Positions 56,065 through 64,000 of a stretch of DNA of 64,000 bases are shown here, piece after piece; within the stretch, counting starts at the first letter, position 1, and the number at the start of each line of letters is the position of its first letter. The translations under genes and the position numbers were made by a program. This DNA comes from an uncultured Pelagibacteraceae bacterium (GTDB lineage Bacteria > Pseudomonadota > Alphaproteobacteria > Pelagibacterales > Pelagibacteraceae). Where the stretch lies: positions 1,688-65,687 of the forward strand of contig CACPNG010000003.1 of the NCBI GenBank assembly GCA_902635225.1, given 5' to 3'. The notes beneath the pieces were generated by a model. The model saw only the letters and a program-made list of their open reading frames with translations, did no database searches and had not been told where the DNA came from.

Positions 56065-56861
56065 TGTTTCGTGTTTCGTGTATTCAATTAAGATCAAATA
56101 ATAATATTCATCATAATCTTAAGCGAACTACAATTTTAATCAAAAAAGCAGTCTTACAAAAAACAGATTTTATCTTAACACCTGAAGTATCATCTCAATT
56201 CTCTTTAAAAAAAAATGAATTATTAAAAACATGCACATCAATGAATAGGGATATTTATTTGAATGGAGTAAAAAAACTTGCAAAGAAATATAAAAAATGG
56301 ATTTTAGTTGGTTCTGTAATAATTAAAGTTTCAAAAAATAAATTGGTAAATAGATCTATATTGATTGATAAAAATGGAAAAATCAGATCCTTTTATGATA
56401 AAATTCATATGTATGATGTAGTATTAAGTAAAAAAGAAAAGTATTTTGAGTCTAAAACATTTTCTGCAGGGAAAAACCTAAAAACATTTAATTTGCCGTG
56501 GGGCAAACTTGGCTTAAGTATTTGTTACGATTTAAGATTTCCTAACCTTTATAGAAAATTATCTAAAGCAGGATCTATTTTTTTATCAGTCCCTTCAGCC
56601 TTCACAGAGACTACTGGCAAAAAACATTGGCACACTTTATTAAAAGCAAGAGCAATAGAAAATTTTTGTTATATTTTTGCACCTGCTCAAGGAGGAATAC
56701 ATTACAATGGGCGTAAAACTTTTGGACATTCAATGATTGTTTCACCTGATGGAAAAATATTAAAAGAATTAAAAAAAAATGAAGGTGTTATTACGACTAT
56801 AATTAACGCTAAATTACCTAAGGTATTAAGATTAAAGATTCCAAGCTTGAAAGGTGAATAA
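56064..56861 (+). CDS. Carbon-nitrogen hydrolase (Nit1-like)
   Basis: TPE, YDKIHMYDV, SICYDLRFP, PSAFT..TG..HW..LL.ARAIE, GHSMIV.P.G; start at ATG 56064. Confidence 0.9.
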   Translation: MFRVSCIQLRSNNNIHHNLKRTTILIKKAVLQKTDFILTPEVSSQFSLKKNELLKTCTSMNRDIYLNGVKKLAKKYKKWILVGSVIIKVSKNKLVNRSILIDKNGKIRSFYDKIHMYDVVLSKKEKYFESKTFSAGKNLKTFNLPWGKLGLSICYDLRFPNLYRKLSKAGSIFLSVPSAFTETTGKKHWHTLLKARAIENFCYIFAPAQGGIHYNGRKTFGHSMIVSPDGKILKELKKNEGVITTIINAKLPKVLRLKIPSLKGE

Positions 56862-56862
56862 T

Positions 56863-57258
56863 TTATTCGTGAGATTTTACTTCTTTAATATTTGATCCTA
56901 ACGCATTATTTATTGCGAGTTTAATTTTTGCTCTTTCATCGTTTAATTTATAAACGTTTCTAGCTAGAGATATAAATTCTTGTCCAAAGTCCTGTTTTTT
57001 TTCTGCAGCTCTTTTACCGTTTTCCACATCCCAAAGTTTGATATTTATATCTTTAAGTTTATTTTTATAATCTGAAATTGAATTATTATTTACTATGAAT
57101 TTTTCTTTAGTAAGATTAAGGGATTTTAATTCTTTTTCAACTTCAACTAACTTTTCTTTTTCTTTTATTTTTTCTTTTTTTATTTCTAAAATCGTTATCT
57201 TATCTATTAATTCACCAGCTGAAATTTCTGCCAATATTTTGTCCATTTTATTACTCAT
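56863..57258 (-). CDS. DUF6165 family protein
   Basis: EIS.GELIDKITILEIK, IN..LWDVE, FI.LAR.VY..ND.RA.IK..IN...GS.I.EVKS. Confidence 0.8.
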   Translation of the reverse strand: MSNKMDKILAEISAGELIDKITILEIKKEKIKEKEKLVEVEKELKSLNLTKEKFIVNNNSISDYKNKLKDINIKLWDVENGKRAAEKKQDFGQEFISLARNVYKLNDERAKIKLAINNALGSNIKEVKSHE

Positions 57259-57304
57259 ATTAATATTTGACTATAGTATTTATTAAATATACTCGGAAAT
57301 AATA

Positions 57305-58237
57305 ATGTCAAATATATTAATTATAAAACATGGTTCACTAGGTGATTTAATTCAAGCAAATGGCGCAATTAAAGATATTAAAAAATTTTATAAGAATAGA
57401 AAAGTTTTTTTACTTACTGCACAGCCCTATGCAATTTTTATGTCTGAATGTCCTTACATAGATGGTGTTATTATTGATAAAAGATTACCGAGATGGAACT
57501 TATTTTATCTAAAAAATCTTAAAAAGAATTTAAGTAAATACGAATTCTCAAAAGTATTTGATTTACAAAATTCAAGAAGAACAAAGTTTTATAAAAGATT
57601 TATAATTAAAAATGTAGAATGGTCTTCATCTGAAACCTCATTAGAACCAGGTCAAAAAAAGAGAGAATTTGATAAAGACCCCGTCTTGGATCGCATGGAG
57701 GTTCAATTAAACAAAAGTGGGGTTGAAACTGAGTTTGTGAAAAATATAGATTTAAGTTGGGCTGTTGAAGATATTTCAAGACTTATAAAACAGTATGCTA
57801 ATGACGAATATATTTTATTATTTCCGTTTTGTTCCAGAAAACTTCCTCATAAAAAGTGGCCATATTTTAAGGAACTAATTATAAAATTGAAACAAGTATT
57901 TAAAAATAAATATCCAATCTTATTAGCCCCAGGTCCTAATGAAATAGAAGAAGCTAACAATTTAAATGCCAAAGTAGTTTTAGATGGCAAAGATCCAGTA
58001 AATATTAAAACTTTAGTAAGTTTAATTTATAAATCAAAATTTATAGTTTCGAATGATACTGGCCCAGCTCACATAGCTTCTCATTTAGATAAAAATGGAA
58101 TAGTACTATTTGGAAGTCACACAACAGCTAAAAAAGTAAGCATTGAGAATTTTAATTTTAAAGCGATAAGTGTTGAAAATCTTAAAGATCTAGATGTTGA
58201 TAGCGTTATTAATTCAATAAAGTCTAAATTAAACTAA
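57305..58237 (+). CDS. Glycosyltransferase family 9 (heptosyltransferase-like)
   Basis: ILIIKHGSLGD, FDLQNS.R, KKWP, SNDTGPAHIA. Confidence 0.9.
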   Translation: MSNILIIKHGSLGDLIQANGAIKDIKKFYKNRKVFLLTAQPYAIFMSECPYIDGVIIDKRLPRWNLFYLKNLKKNLSKYEFSKVFDLQNSRRTKFYKRFIIKNVEWSSSETSLEPGQKKREFDKDPVLDRMEVQLNKSGVETEFVKNIDLSWAVEDISRLIKQYANDEYILLFPFCSRKLPHKKWPYFKELIIKLKQVFKNKYPILLAPGPNEIEEANNLNAKVVLDGKDPVNIKTLVSLIYKSKFIVSNDTGPAHIASHLDKNGIVLFGSHTTAKKVSIENFNFKAISVENLKDLDVDSVINSIKSKLN

Positions 58238-59309
58238 TATATTTTTTAATTATTTTTTCCCATGAAAATTCTTTGGAAAACTCATAGGCATTGTTCCCAA
58301 GCTCTTTGTATTTTTCATCAGATAAAATTTTTAATAAAGTTTCGTAAATAGCATTTAGATCATTTCCATTACATAGATATCCTGTTATTCCACTTTTAAT
58401 CGCATCTCCTTCGCCACCATAAATTCCACCAATAGAAGGTTTGCCATAAGATGCAGCTTCAATGTAGCTTATACCAAATCCCTCAACTGATTTTTTATAA
58501 ACTACAGATGGCATTACAAAAACGTCTGACTGTTCTAACAATCCTACTTTTTCTTGTTCAGTGGAACTAAAAATTAATTCTACATTTTTTTCTAATCCAA
58601 GTTCTATTTTCAACTTTTCAAGATTTCTTTTTTCCTCTCCATCGCCGATTGATACATATTTCAAATTTGGAAACTTTGGCAAAAGATTTTTTATTGTCAT
58701 CAAAATATTTTGATGACTTTTTCGACCATCTAGTCTAGACACAGTAATTAATTTTGGTGAAGAATTACCAAAAATATTTTTTGAAAATTCTCTGGACTTT
58801 TCGTTGACTGTGAGCGGATAATTACATCCTGGATTAATAACAGTTACATCTTTTACTCCTAATTTTAATGCTAATTCTTTTGTGAATTTTGAATTAGCAA
58901 TTACAAAGTCTGCTTTGTTTAGAGCTTTCACAACTCTTTTATTCAAAGAGGAACCAGCAGGATGATTAATCTCTTTAGAGTGAATTAAACAAAAAGATTT
59001 TGATTTTTTTAAAATTTGTAAATCGATATTTTCAATACTCTTCCAATGGTCAAAGAAACATGCTCTAATTTCATTTCCCTCAATAAAATCTTTAACCAAA
59101 TTAGCTTTTCTATACTTCCTGAAAATCTTAAAGCCTGATACACGCTCAATGCTTAATTTAGAATTTTGATCATAAATTTTTGCATCATCATGATTATCAG
59201 CAAAAACCTTCACTGGTCCATGATTTAAAAGAGCGTTAGACAAACCTTCCATTAAGTTTTGCATTCCACCAAGTTCAGGAGGAAAATTTCTAGTAGAAAC
59301 TAAAAACAT
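58224..59309 (-). CDS. Glycosyltransferase family 4
   Basis: FPP..GG, ANS.FT, VSRL..RK, EGFGI.YIEA...G.P. Confidence 0.9.
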   Translation of the reverse strand: MFLVSTRNFPPELGGMQNLMEGLSNALLNHGPVKVFADNHDDAKIYDQNSKLSIERVSGFKIFRKYRKANLVKDFIEGNEIRACFFDHWKSIENIDLQILKKSKSFCLIHSKEINHPAGSSLNKRVVKALNKADFVIANSKFTKELALKLGVKDVTVINPGCNYPLTVNEKSREFSKNIFGNSSPKLITVSRLDGRKSHQNILMTIKNLLPKFPNLKYVSIGDGEEKRNLEKLKIELGLEKNVELIFSSTEQEKVGLLEQSDVFVMPSVVYKKSVEGFGISYIEAASYGKPSIGGIYGGEGDAIKSGITGYLCNGNDLNAIYETLLKILSDEKYKELGNNAYEFSKEFSWEKIIKKYISLI

Positions 59310-59866
59310 TAATTAAACCACTTTATATTGCATCCCATGCTAGGAATTTGTTCCTTTGGACCTGCTTGAGTTTCAGAAATCATTTTCATTGCAACTTTTA
59401 AATCACTATCGCCATCTGAAGTTGGTTTTAAATCTTTGAGTTCTCTGAATCTTCCTCGATACTGAAGTTTTAAATCTTTATTATAGCCAAAGAAATCAGG
59501 TGTACAAACAGCTCCATACTTTTTTGCGATATCTTGTGTTTCATCAATTAAATAATTTATTTCACCAAAATTATTAGCCTTAGCAAACTTGATCATATTA
59601 TCAAACGAGTCTTCTGGATAATTTTTAGTATCATTTGACATGATAGCAACAGAATTAATCCCGTCTTTTTTTAATTGATTACAGTCTTTAGCTAAATCTT
59701 TAATTATAGCCTTTACGTAAGGACAGTGATTACAAATAAACATTACAAGTGTTGCGTTTTCACCTTTTACGTCATTTAAAGAAATAATTTTATTTTCTAT
59801 TGATTTTAGTTTGAAATCCTCAGCTTTTTTTCCAAAATCGCAAACTGGTGTCTTTGTTAAAGCCAT
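59309..59866 (-). CDS. Thioredoxin/AhpC-TSA family protein
   Basis: FICNHCPYV, SND...YPEDS, AVCTPDFF, YRGR, PSMGC.IKW. Confidence 0.9.
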   Translation of the reverse strand: MALTKTPVCDFGKKAEDFKLKSIENKIISLNDVKGENATLVMFICNHCPYVKAIIKDLAKDCNQLKKDGINSVAIMSNDTKNYPEDSFDNMIKFAKANNFGEINYLIDETQDIAKKYGAVCTPDFFGYNKDLKLQYRGRFRELKDLKPTSDGDSDLKVAMKMISETQAGPKEQIPSMGCNIKWFN

Positions 59867-59907
59867 AATATATTATAAGATAATTAATAATACATTACAG
59901 CAAATTT

Positions 59908-60411
59908 ATGATTTACGATGTTAACGGTCATACTCCTAAAATCGATCCAAACAGTTGGGTAGCTTCTAATGCAGTTATTATTGGTAGAGTAGAATTAAAA
60001 AAGAATTCTAATATTTGGTTCAATGCAACTTTAAGAGGTGATTTAGAACCAATTATCATTGGTGAAGGTTCAAATATTCAAGATGGTAGCGTTATACATA
60101 CAGACCCAGGTTGTCCTACAATTGTAGGCAAAGGAGTAACAGTAGGGCACATGGTAATGCTTCATGGATGTGAAATTTCAGATGATTGTATTATTGGAAT
60201 AGGTTCAACTATTTTAAATAAAGCAAAGATTGGTAAAAACTGTATCATCGGAGCAAACTCACTGGTGACAGAAAATAAAATTATTCCAGACAGATCATTG
60301 GTCCTTGGCAGTCCAGGTAAAGTAGTTAGGCAAGTTACAGATGAAGAAATAGAACACATCAAAGAAAACGCTAAAAACTATGTTGAGAATATTAAAAAAT
60401 ATAAAAAATAA
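59908..60411 (+). CDS. Gamma-carbonic anhydrase family protein (YrdA-like)
   Basis: IWF.A.LRGD, SNIQDG.V.H, VTVGH..MLHGC, hexapeptide repeats, G.PGK. Confidence 0.92.
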   Translation: MIYDVNGHTPKIDPNSWVASNAVIIGRVELKKNSNIWFNATLRGDLEPIIIGEGSNIQDGSVIHTDPGCPTIVGKGVTVGHMVMLHGCEISDDCIIGIGSTILNKAKIGKNCIIGANSLVTENKIIPDRSLVLGSPGKVVRQVTDEEIEHIKENAKNYVENIKKYKK

Positions 60412-61822
60412 TTTTATTATTTTGATTTCTTTATTTCTAATTAGTCCTGTTTTAGCAGTGGGTAAACCTTCATCAAAATACGATGGTGCATACACCTTTA
60501 GTGATTATTGCAGGGGGAGCAAAAATAGTAATGCGTATGATGGTAGCCAATTTATAATTAAAGATGGAATGGTAACCAATGATAGGGGCGGAGCAGGGAG
60601 ATGGACTTTAGACGAAAAAAAATCAAGAGTTGACGATAAAGGTAAAATTTATATTAAAGGCGAAAGACGTGGTAATAAAAGCATCATTACTGGCAATTTG
60701 AATGATGATGAAAAAAAACATTCTGTTTATCAATTTAAAAGAAAAGTAGGAGGTAAATCACAGTATTATGGAGATAAAAAATACGGAAACCTCAAAATGA
60801 AAAGAAAGTATAAAGGAGACAGTGATTATGTTCCTTGTGTTATTAATTTAAAAAGAATTGGAGACGTTCCGAAAAAAGTTGTTTCAAAAGATGATCGGAA
60901 AGTAACAGAAATAACTATAACTTCAAAAAATACAAACGATGATTTAACTTTATTAAATGATCAAGGCAAGGATGAAAAAATAAGAGTAGAATTAAGAAAT
61001 CTTGATTCAATTTCAAACGGATTAATAATTGTAGTTCCTTCAAGCACCCCAAACATGGATGATGAGATTTATTATGAAAAACAAGTAAGTAAATACGGAT
61101 ATGCAACTGCAATAGTATATGGTGCAGAACCAAGATATCAAAAAAAGTTTACTGGATCATACACAAGCTCTATGATTCTTTATGATGCTATAGCAACTAT
61201 AGAAGAAGTAACAAAACTATATGGAAAAACCAAAGAAGTAATTTTAATTGGATCCTCAACAGGATCATTAGCTATATTTAAAGCAGGCTGGCAAGATTTA
61301 AGAGATAAATATCCCTCGATGAATTTAATTACTAAGGGATTTATGATTAATGCTGCTTGTCCAGATATATCGGAAGTTAATTTTAGTGATAAAATTAAGA
61401 TGTTTGCAATCAATGGGCAACAAGACGAATCAACACCTCCATGGGTCTGTAAGAATTTAAAAGATTCCTCAAAGAATCCTAACTTATATCTTTTAACTTA
61501 CTCAGGTGGACATCATTTTGAAAGCAGAATGTATCCACCTTCAAGATATGATACTGAAAGTGCACATGCACTGCCAACTTGTTCTTTAAATTATAAATCT
61601 AATCTTCACCAGGTTATCAAAAGAAGAGATGGATCAAAGGAATGGAATGGAGAAAATCAAGGATATAAAAAAGATCAAAAAAAATGGTTTGGAGAAAATT
61701 GTATAGATAAGGGAACTCTGCAAGGGTACGAAGAGTATGGTGCAAAACAATTTTGGACCGATGTAAAATCCATTATTGTCGATAAAAAAGATGCAAAATC
61801 TTTAAAAGGCTACACTGAATAA
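60380..61822 (+). CDS. Exported protein with C-terminal alpha/beta-hydrolase-like domain
   Basis: Signal peptide; IGSSTG elbow; NGQQDESTP; GGHHF. Confidence 0.6.
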   Translation: MLRILKNIKNNFIILISLFLISPVLAVGKPSSKYDGAYTFSDYCRGSKNSNAYDGSQFIIKDGMVTNDRGGAGRWTLDEKKSRVDDKGKIYIKGERRGNKSIITGNLNDDEKKHSVYQFKRKVGGKSQYYGDKKYGNLKMKRKYKGDSDYVPCVINLKRIGDVPKKVVSKDDRKVTEITITSKNTNDDLTLLNDQGKDEKIRVELRNLDSISNGLIIVVPSSTPNMDDEIYYEKQVSKYGYATAIVYGAEPRYQKKFTGSYTSSMILYDAIATIEEVTKLYGKTKEVILIGSSTGSLAIFKAGWQDLRDKYPSMNLITKGFMINAACPDISEVNFSDKIKMFAINGQQDESTPPWVCKNLKDSSKNPNLYLLTYSGGHHFESRMYPPSRYDTESAHALPTCSLNYKSNLHQVIKRRDGSKEWNGENQGYKKDQKKWFGENCIDKGTLQGYEEYGAKQFWTDVKSIIVDKKDAKSLKGYTE

Positions 61823-61823
61823 T

Positions 61824-62432
61824 TTAAGGGACTAACCAAGTAAATTTTTTAGAACCATTTAGATCTAATAAAGCTCTCCTATGACCTTTAGCTGCTAAAT
61901 AAAGCCACTCAATACTTTTAATTTTACATTTAATTACACAAAAATTTTTGTAGCCTTCTTCACTTTCTTCTTTTGTGAAGTCAAAGTTATCAAACTTATT
62001 ATCTAACCCTGAGGTAGGTTTTTCAGATTCTGTTCCAGGTCCATTAGTAACCAAGTAACATTTTCTACTGATATGGCCAGTTTTTTCCCAAGATTCTTTT
62101 GTAACATCATTGTTGTAATTTACTTCGCACTCAGCCTTAACTCTAAGCTGTATTTTTTCTTCTTTACCATAAAATAAAATAGAGCACTTTGGATTTTTTT
62201 TTATTTTTTCAATTTTTGAAGATCTAATATCGCTGTGATACTGAATAAAATTATTTTGTTGATCTGCCTTTCTAAGAACAACAACTCTTCCATCAAGGTC
62301 ATTATCACTACCACAGATAAACACTGGTGTTCTAAACTCTGACCATCTATCTTTAACTGCTCTAGTTAGCAGATCCCAGATTTTTTTTTCTATCTCTTTT
62401 GAATCTTCGTAGTAACTGACTGCTCCTGACAC
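61824..62432 (-). CDS. Pyridoxamine 5'-phosphate oxidase-like FMN-binding protein
   Basis: R.VVLR, HSD.RS.K, LFY...K.QLR, EWLYL...GHRRA. Confidence 0.85.
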   Translation of the reverse strand: MSGAVSYYEDSKEIEKKIWDLLTRAVKDRWSEFRTPVFICGSDNDLDGRVVVLRKADQQNNFIQYHSDIRSSKIEKIKKNPKCSILFYGKEEKIQLRVKAECEVNYNNDVTKESWEKTGHISRKCYLVTNGPGTESEKPTSGLDNKFDNFDFTKEESEEGYKNFCVIKCKIKSIEWLYLAAKGHRRALLDLNGSKKFTWLVP

Positions 62433-62435
62433 GAT

Positions 62436-63305
62436 TTATTTTCTAAATCTTTTGATTAAGCTAGAAGTATCCCATCTTTGACCACCCATTTTTTGAACTT
62501 CAGCATAATATTCATCGATTATTTTCGTGATTGGTAAGGGTGAGTTATTTTTCTTTGCTTCATCCATAGCTATTTTTAAATCTTTTCTCATCCAATCAAC
62601 AGCAAAACCATAATCAAATTTATCTTCAATCATTGTTTTGTGTCTATTTTCCATTTGCCATGACTGTGCTGCACCTTTTGAAATTACCTCAATAACATCA
62701 TGCATATTTAATCCGGCATTTATGCCAAAATTAATTGCCTCTGATAAACCTTGCACTAAGCCAGCGATACAAATTTGGTTTACCATCTTAGTTAACTGAC
62801 CACTCCCAGAGGGACCAAGTAATTTTATCTTTTTACTATAACAATCAATTACTGGCTCAGCTTTTTTATATGGAGCTTCATCTCCTCCAACCATAACGGT
62901 TAAAATTCCGCCTTCAGCTCCCGCTTGACCGCCTGAAATTGGTGCATCTAAAAAATCAAAACCCTTTGACTTTGCTTCTTTATATAGTTCTCGTGCAATA
63001 TTTGCTGAGGCAGTAGTGTTATCAACATAGATTGAACCTTTTTTTGCAGTTTTAAATAAACCTTTATCACCTAGAGTTACCTCTCTTAAATCATTGTCGT
63101 TGCCAACACATGTGAAAATAAAATCACAGTCTTTAGCTGCATCCATTGGAGTGTCTGTAATTTTACCTTTATATTCTTTAATCCATTTTTCTGCTTTTGT
63201 TTTTGTTCGATTATAAACAGTTACATCGTGACCCGCTTTTGAAATGTAACCTGCCATTGGATAGCCCATCACACCTAAACCTATAAACGCAACTTTACAA
63301 CTCAT
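62436..63305 (-). CDS. 3-hydroxyisobutyrate dehydrogenase family NAD(P)-dependent oxidoreductase
   Basis: FIGLGVMGYPMA, DAPISGGQAGA, GQ.TKMVNQ, F.V.WMRKDL. Confidence 0.92.
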   Translation of the reverse strand: MSCKVAFIGLGVMGYPMAGYISKAGHDVTVYNRTKTKAEKWIKEYKGKITDTPMDAAKDCDFIFTCVGNDNDLREVTLGDKGLFKTAKKGSIYVDNTTASANIARELYKEAKSKGFDFLDAPISGGQAGAEGGILTVMVGGDEAPYKKAEPVIDCYSKKIKLLGPSGSGQLTKMVNQICIAGLVQGLSEAINFGINAGLNMHDVIEVISKGAAQSWQMENRHKTMIEDKFDYGFAVDWMRKDLKIAMDEAKKNNSPLPITKIIDEYYAEVQKMGGQRWDTSSLIKRFRK

Positions 63306-63307
63306 AA

Positions 63308-64000
63308 TTAATTACAAAACTCCTTAATTATTTTTTCTCTATTCTCATCTAAATCAGGCACATCTCCCCTTTTTAAACTGTCTGCGTAACTGGACATTTT
63401 AATAGGGTTTCCTGCTGCCTTGAAATCTCCAGCCACTTTATGAAATGTATTAATTATCATATTTCTAGCTTTTATTTGTGGATTTTCAACAGCATCTTTA
63501 ATATTGAAAATTGGTCCACATGGAATTTTATCTTTTTCTAATTTTTGTGTCCAGTCTTTAGTATTTAAAACTTTTAATTTTTTTTCCATAATTATTTTTA
63601 ATTCATCCATATTTTTGCATCTAAGCGCATTAGTTTTAAATTTTTCATTATTAAACTCTGCTTTCATGTCGAGGGCATTACATAATTTTTCAAATAATTT
63701 ATCGTTACCAGCAGCAATAATTATATAACTATCTTTAGTTTTAAATGCTTCAAATGGCGCAATAGAGGGATGTCTAGAACCCATAGGCTGAGGGATTTCA
63801 TTTTTTGATAAATACCTCGCAATAGCGTTTTCTAAAATGGCTATCTGACAATCCAACATCGAAACATCAATAAACATTCCTTTTCCAGTTTTTTCTCTAT
63901 CATATAATGCTGAATTTATTCCGATAGTAGTAAACAAAGCAGCAGTAATATCACCAATAGAAGTTCCTACTCTTGTTGGCTCAGTCTGAGGATGACCAGT
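63308..64000 (-). CDS. CaiB/BaiF family III CoA-transferase (5' end outside window)
   Basis: Frame open to the window edge: TG....PTRVG.SIGD; R.KTGKG..IDVSM.D; H..IAPF..F.TKD. Confidence 0.9.
   Translation of the reverse strand, partial: TGHPQTEPTRVGTSIGDITAALFTTIGINSALYDREKTGKGMFIDVSMLDCQIAILENAIARYLSKNEIPQPMGSRHPSIAPFEAFKTKDSYIIIAAGNDKLFEKLCNALDMKAEFNNEKFKTNALRCKNMDELKIIMEKKLKVLNTKDWTQKLEKDKIPCGPIFNIKDAVENPQIKARNMIINTFHKVAGDFKAAGNPIKMSSYADSLKRGDVPDLDENREKIIKEFCN

Noticed and set aside
10826-63728. Other short antisense ORFs in the track (e.g. 10826, 12285, 16302, 20099, 21498, 22881, 23821, 24683, 25757, 29996, 30607, 31395, 37714, 39388, 39835, 40137, 40361, 41031, 42128, 49079, 51577, 52464, 57095, 60162, 60295, 60915, 61180, 63504)
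   Set aside because: All lie opposite well-supported genes and show no family motifs.

Overview
An AT-rich, gene-dense chromosomal segment whose gene content, minimal intergenic spacers and base composition point to a SAR11/Pelagibacterales alphaproteobacterium (inference). It carries a light/oxidative-stress cluster (cfa-like methyltransferase, DUF3833, Fe-SOD, TspO, MsrA, two unconventional photolyases), hisI/folE/acuI/rseP/HU, tandem amt genes, mnmA, metC, a CADD-type pABA synthase, an sxtJ/K/I-like carbamoyltransferase trio, a cassette of small alpha/beta-barrel proteins, a surface-glycan patch around tRNA-Met, and an MTA salvage (DHAP-shunt type) operon with a SpeD-SpeE fusion. Most notable: (1) a 2.8-kb four-gene insert in the photolyase cluster (7536-10329) encoding a GIY-YIG and a Cas4/RecB-like nuclease, preceded by a helically phased ATCAA array and an H-type pseudoknot; (2) a ~170-nt multi-hairpin ncRNA after mnmA; (3) an unannotated 27-aa Lys/Arg-rich ORF with a strong SD; (4) two perfect DnaA boxes with clustered GANTC sites at ~30.9-31.0 kb; (5) a cis-CaaD-type tautomerase with all six catalytic residues inside the MTA operon. 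No CRISPR array, integrase, transposase or rRNA was seen. Family assignments are by motif recognition only; no database searches were run.
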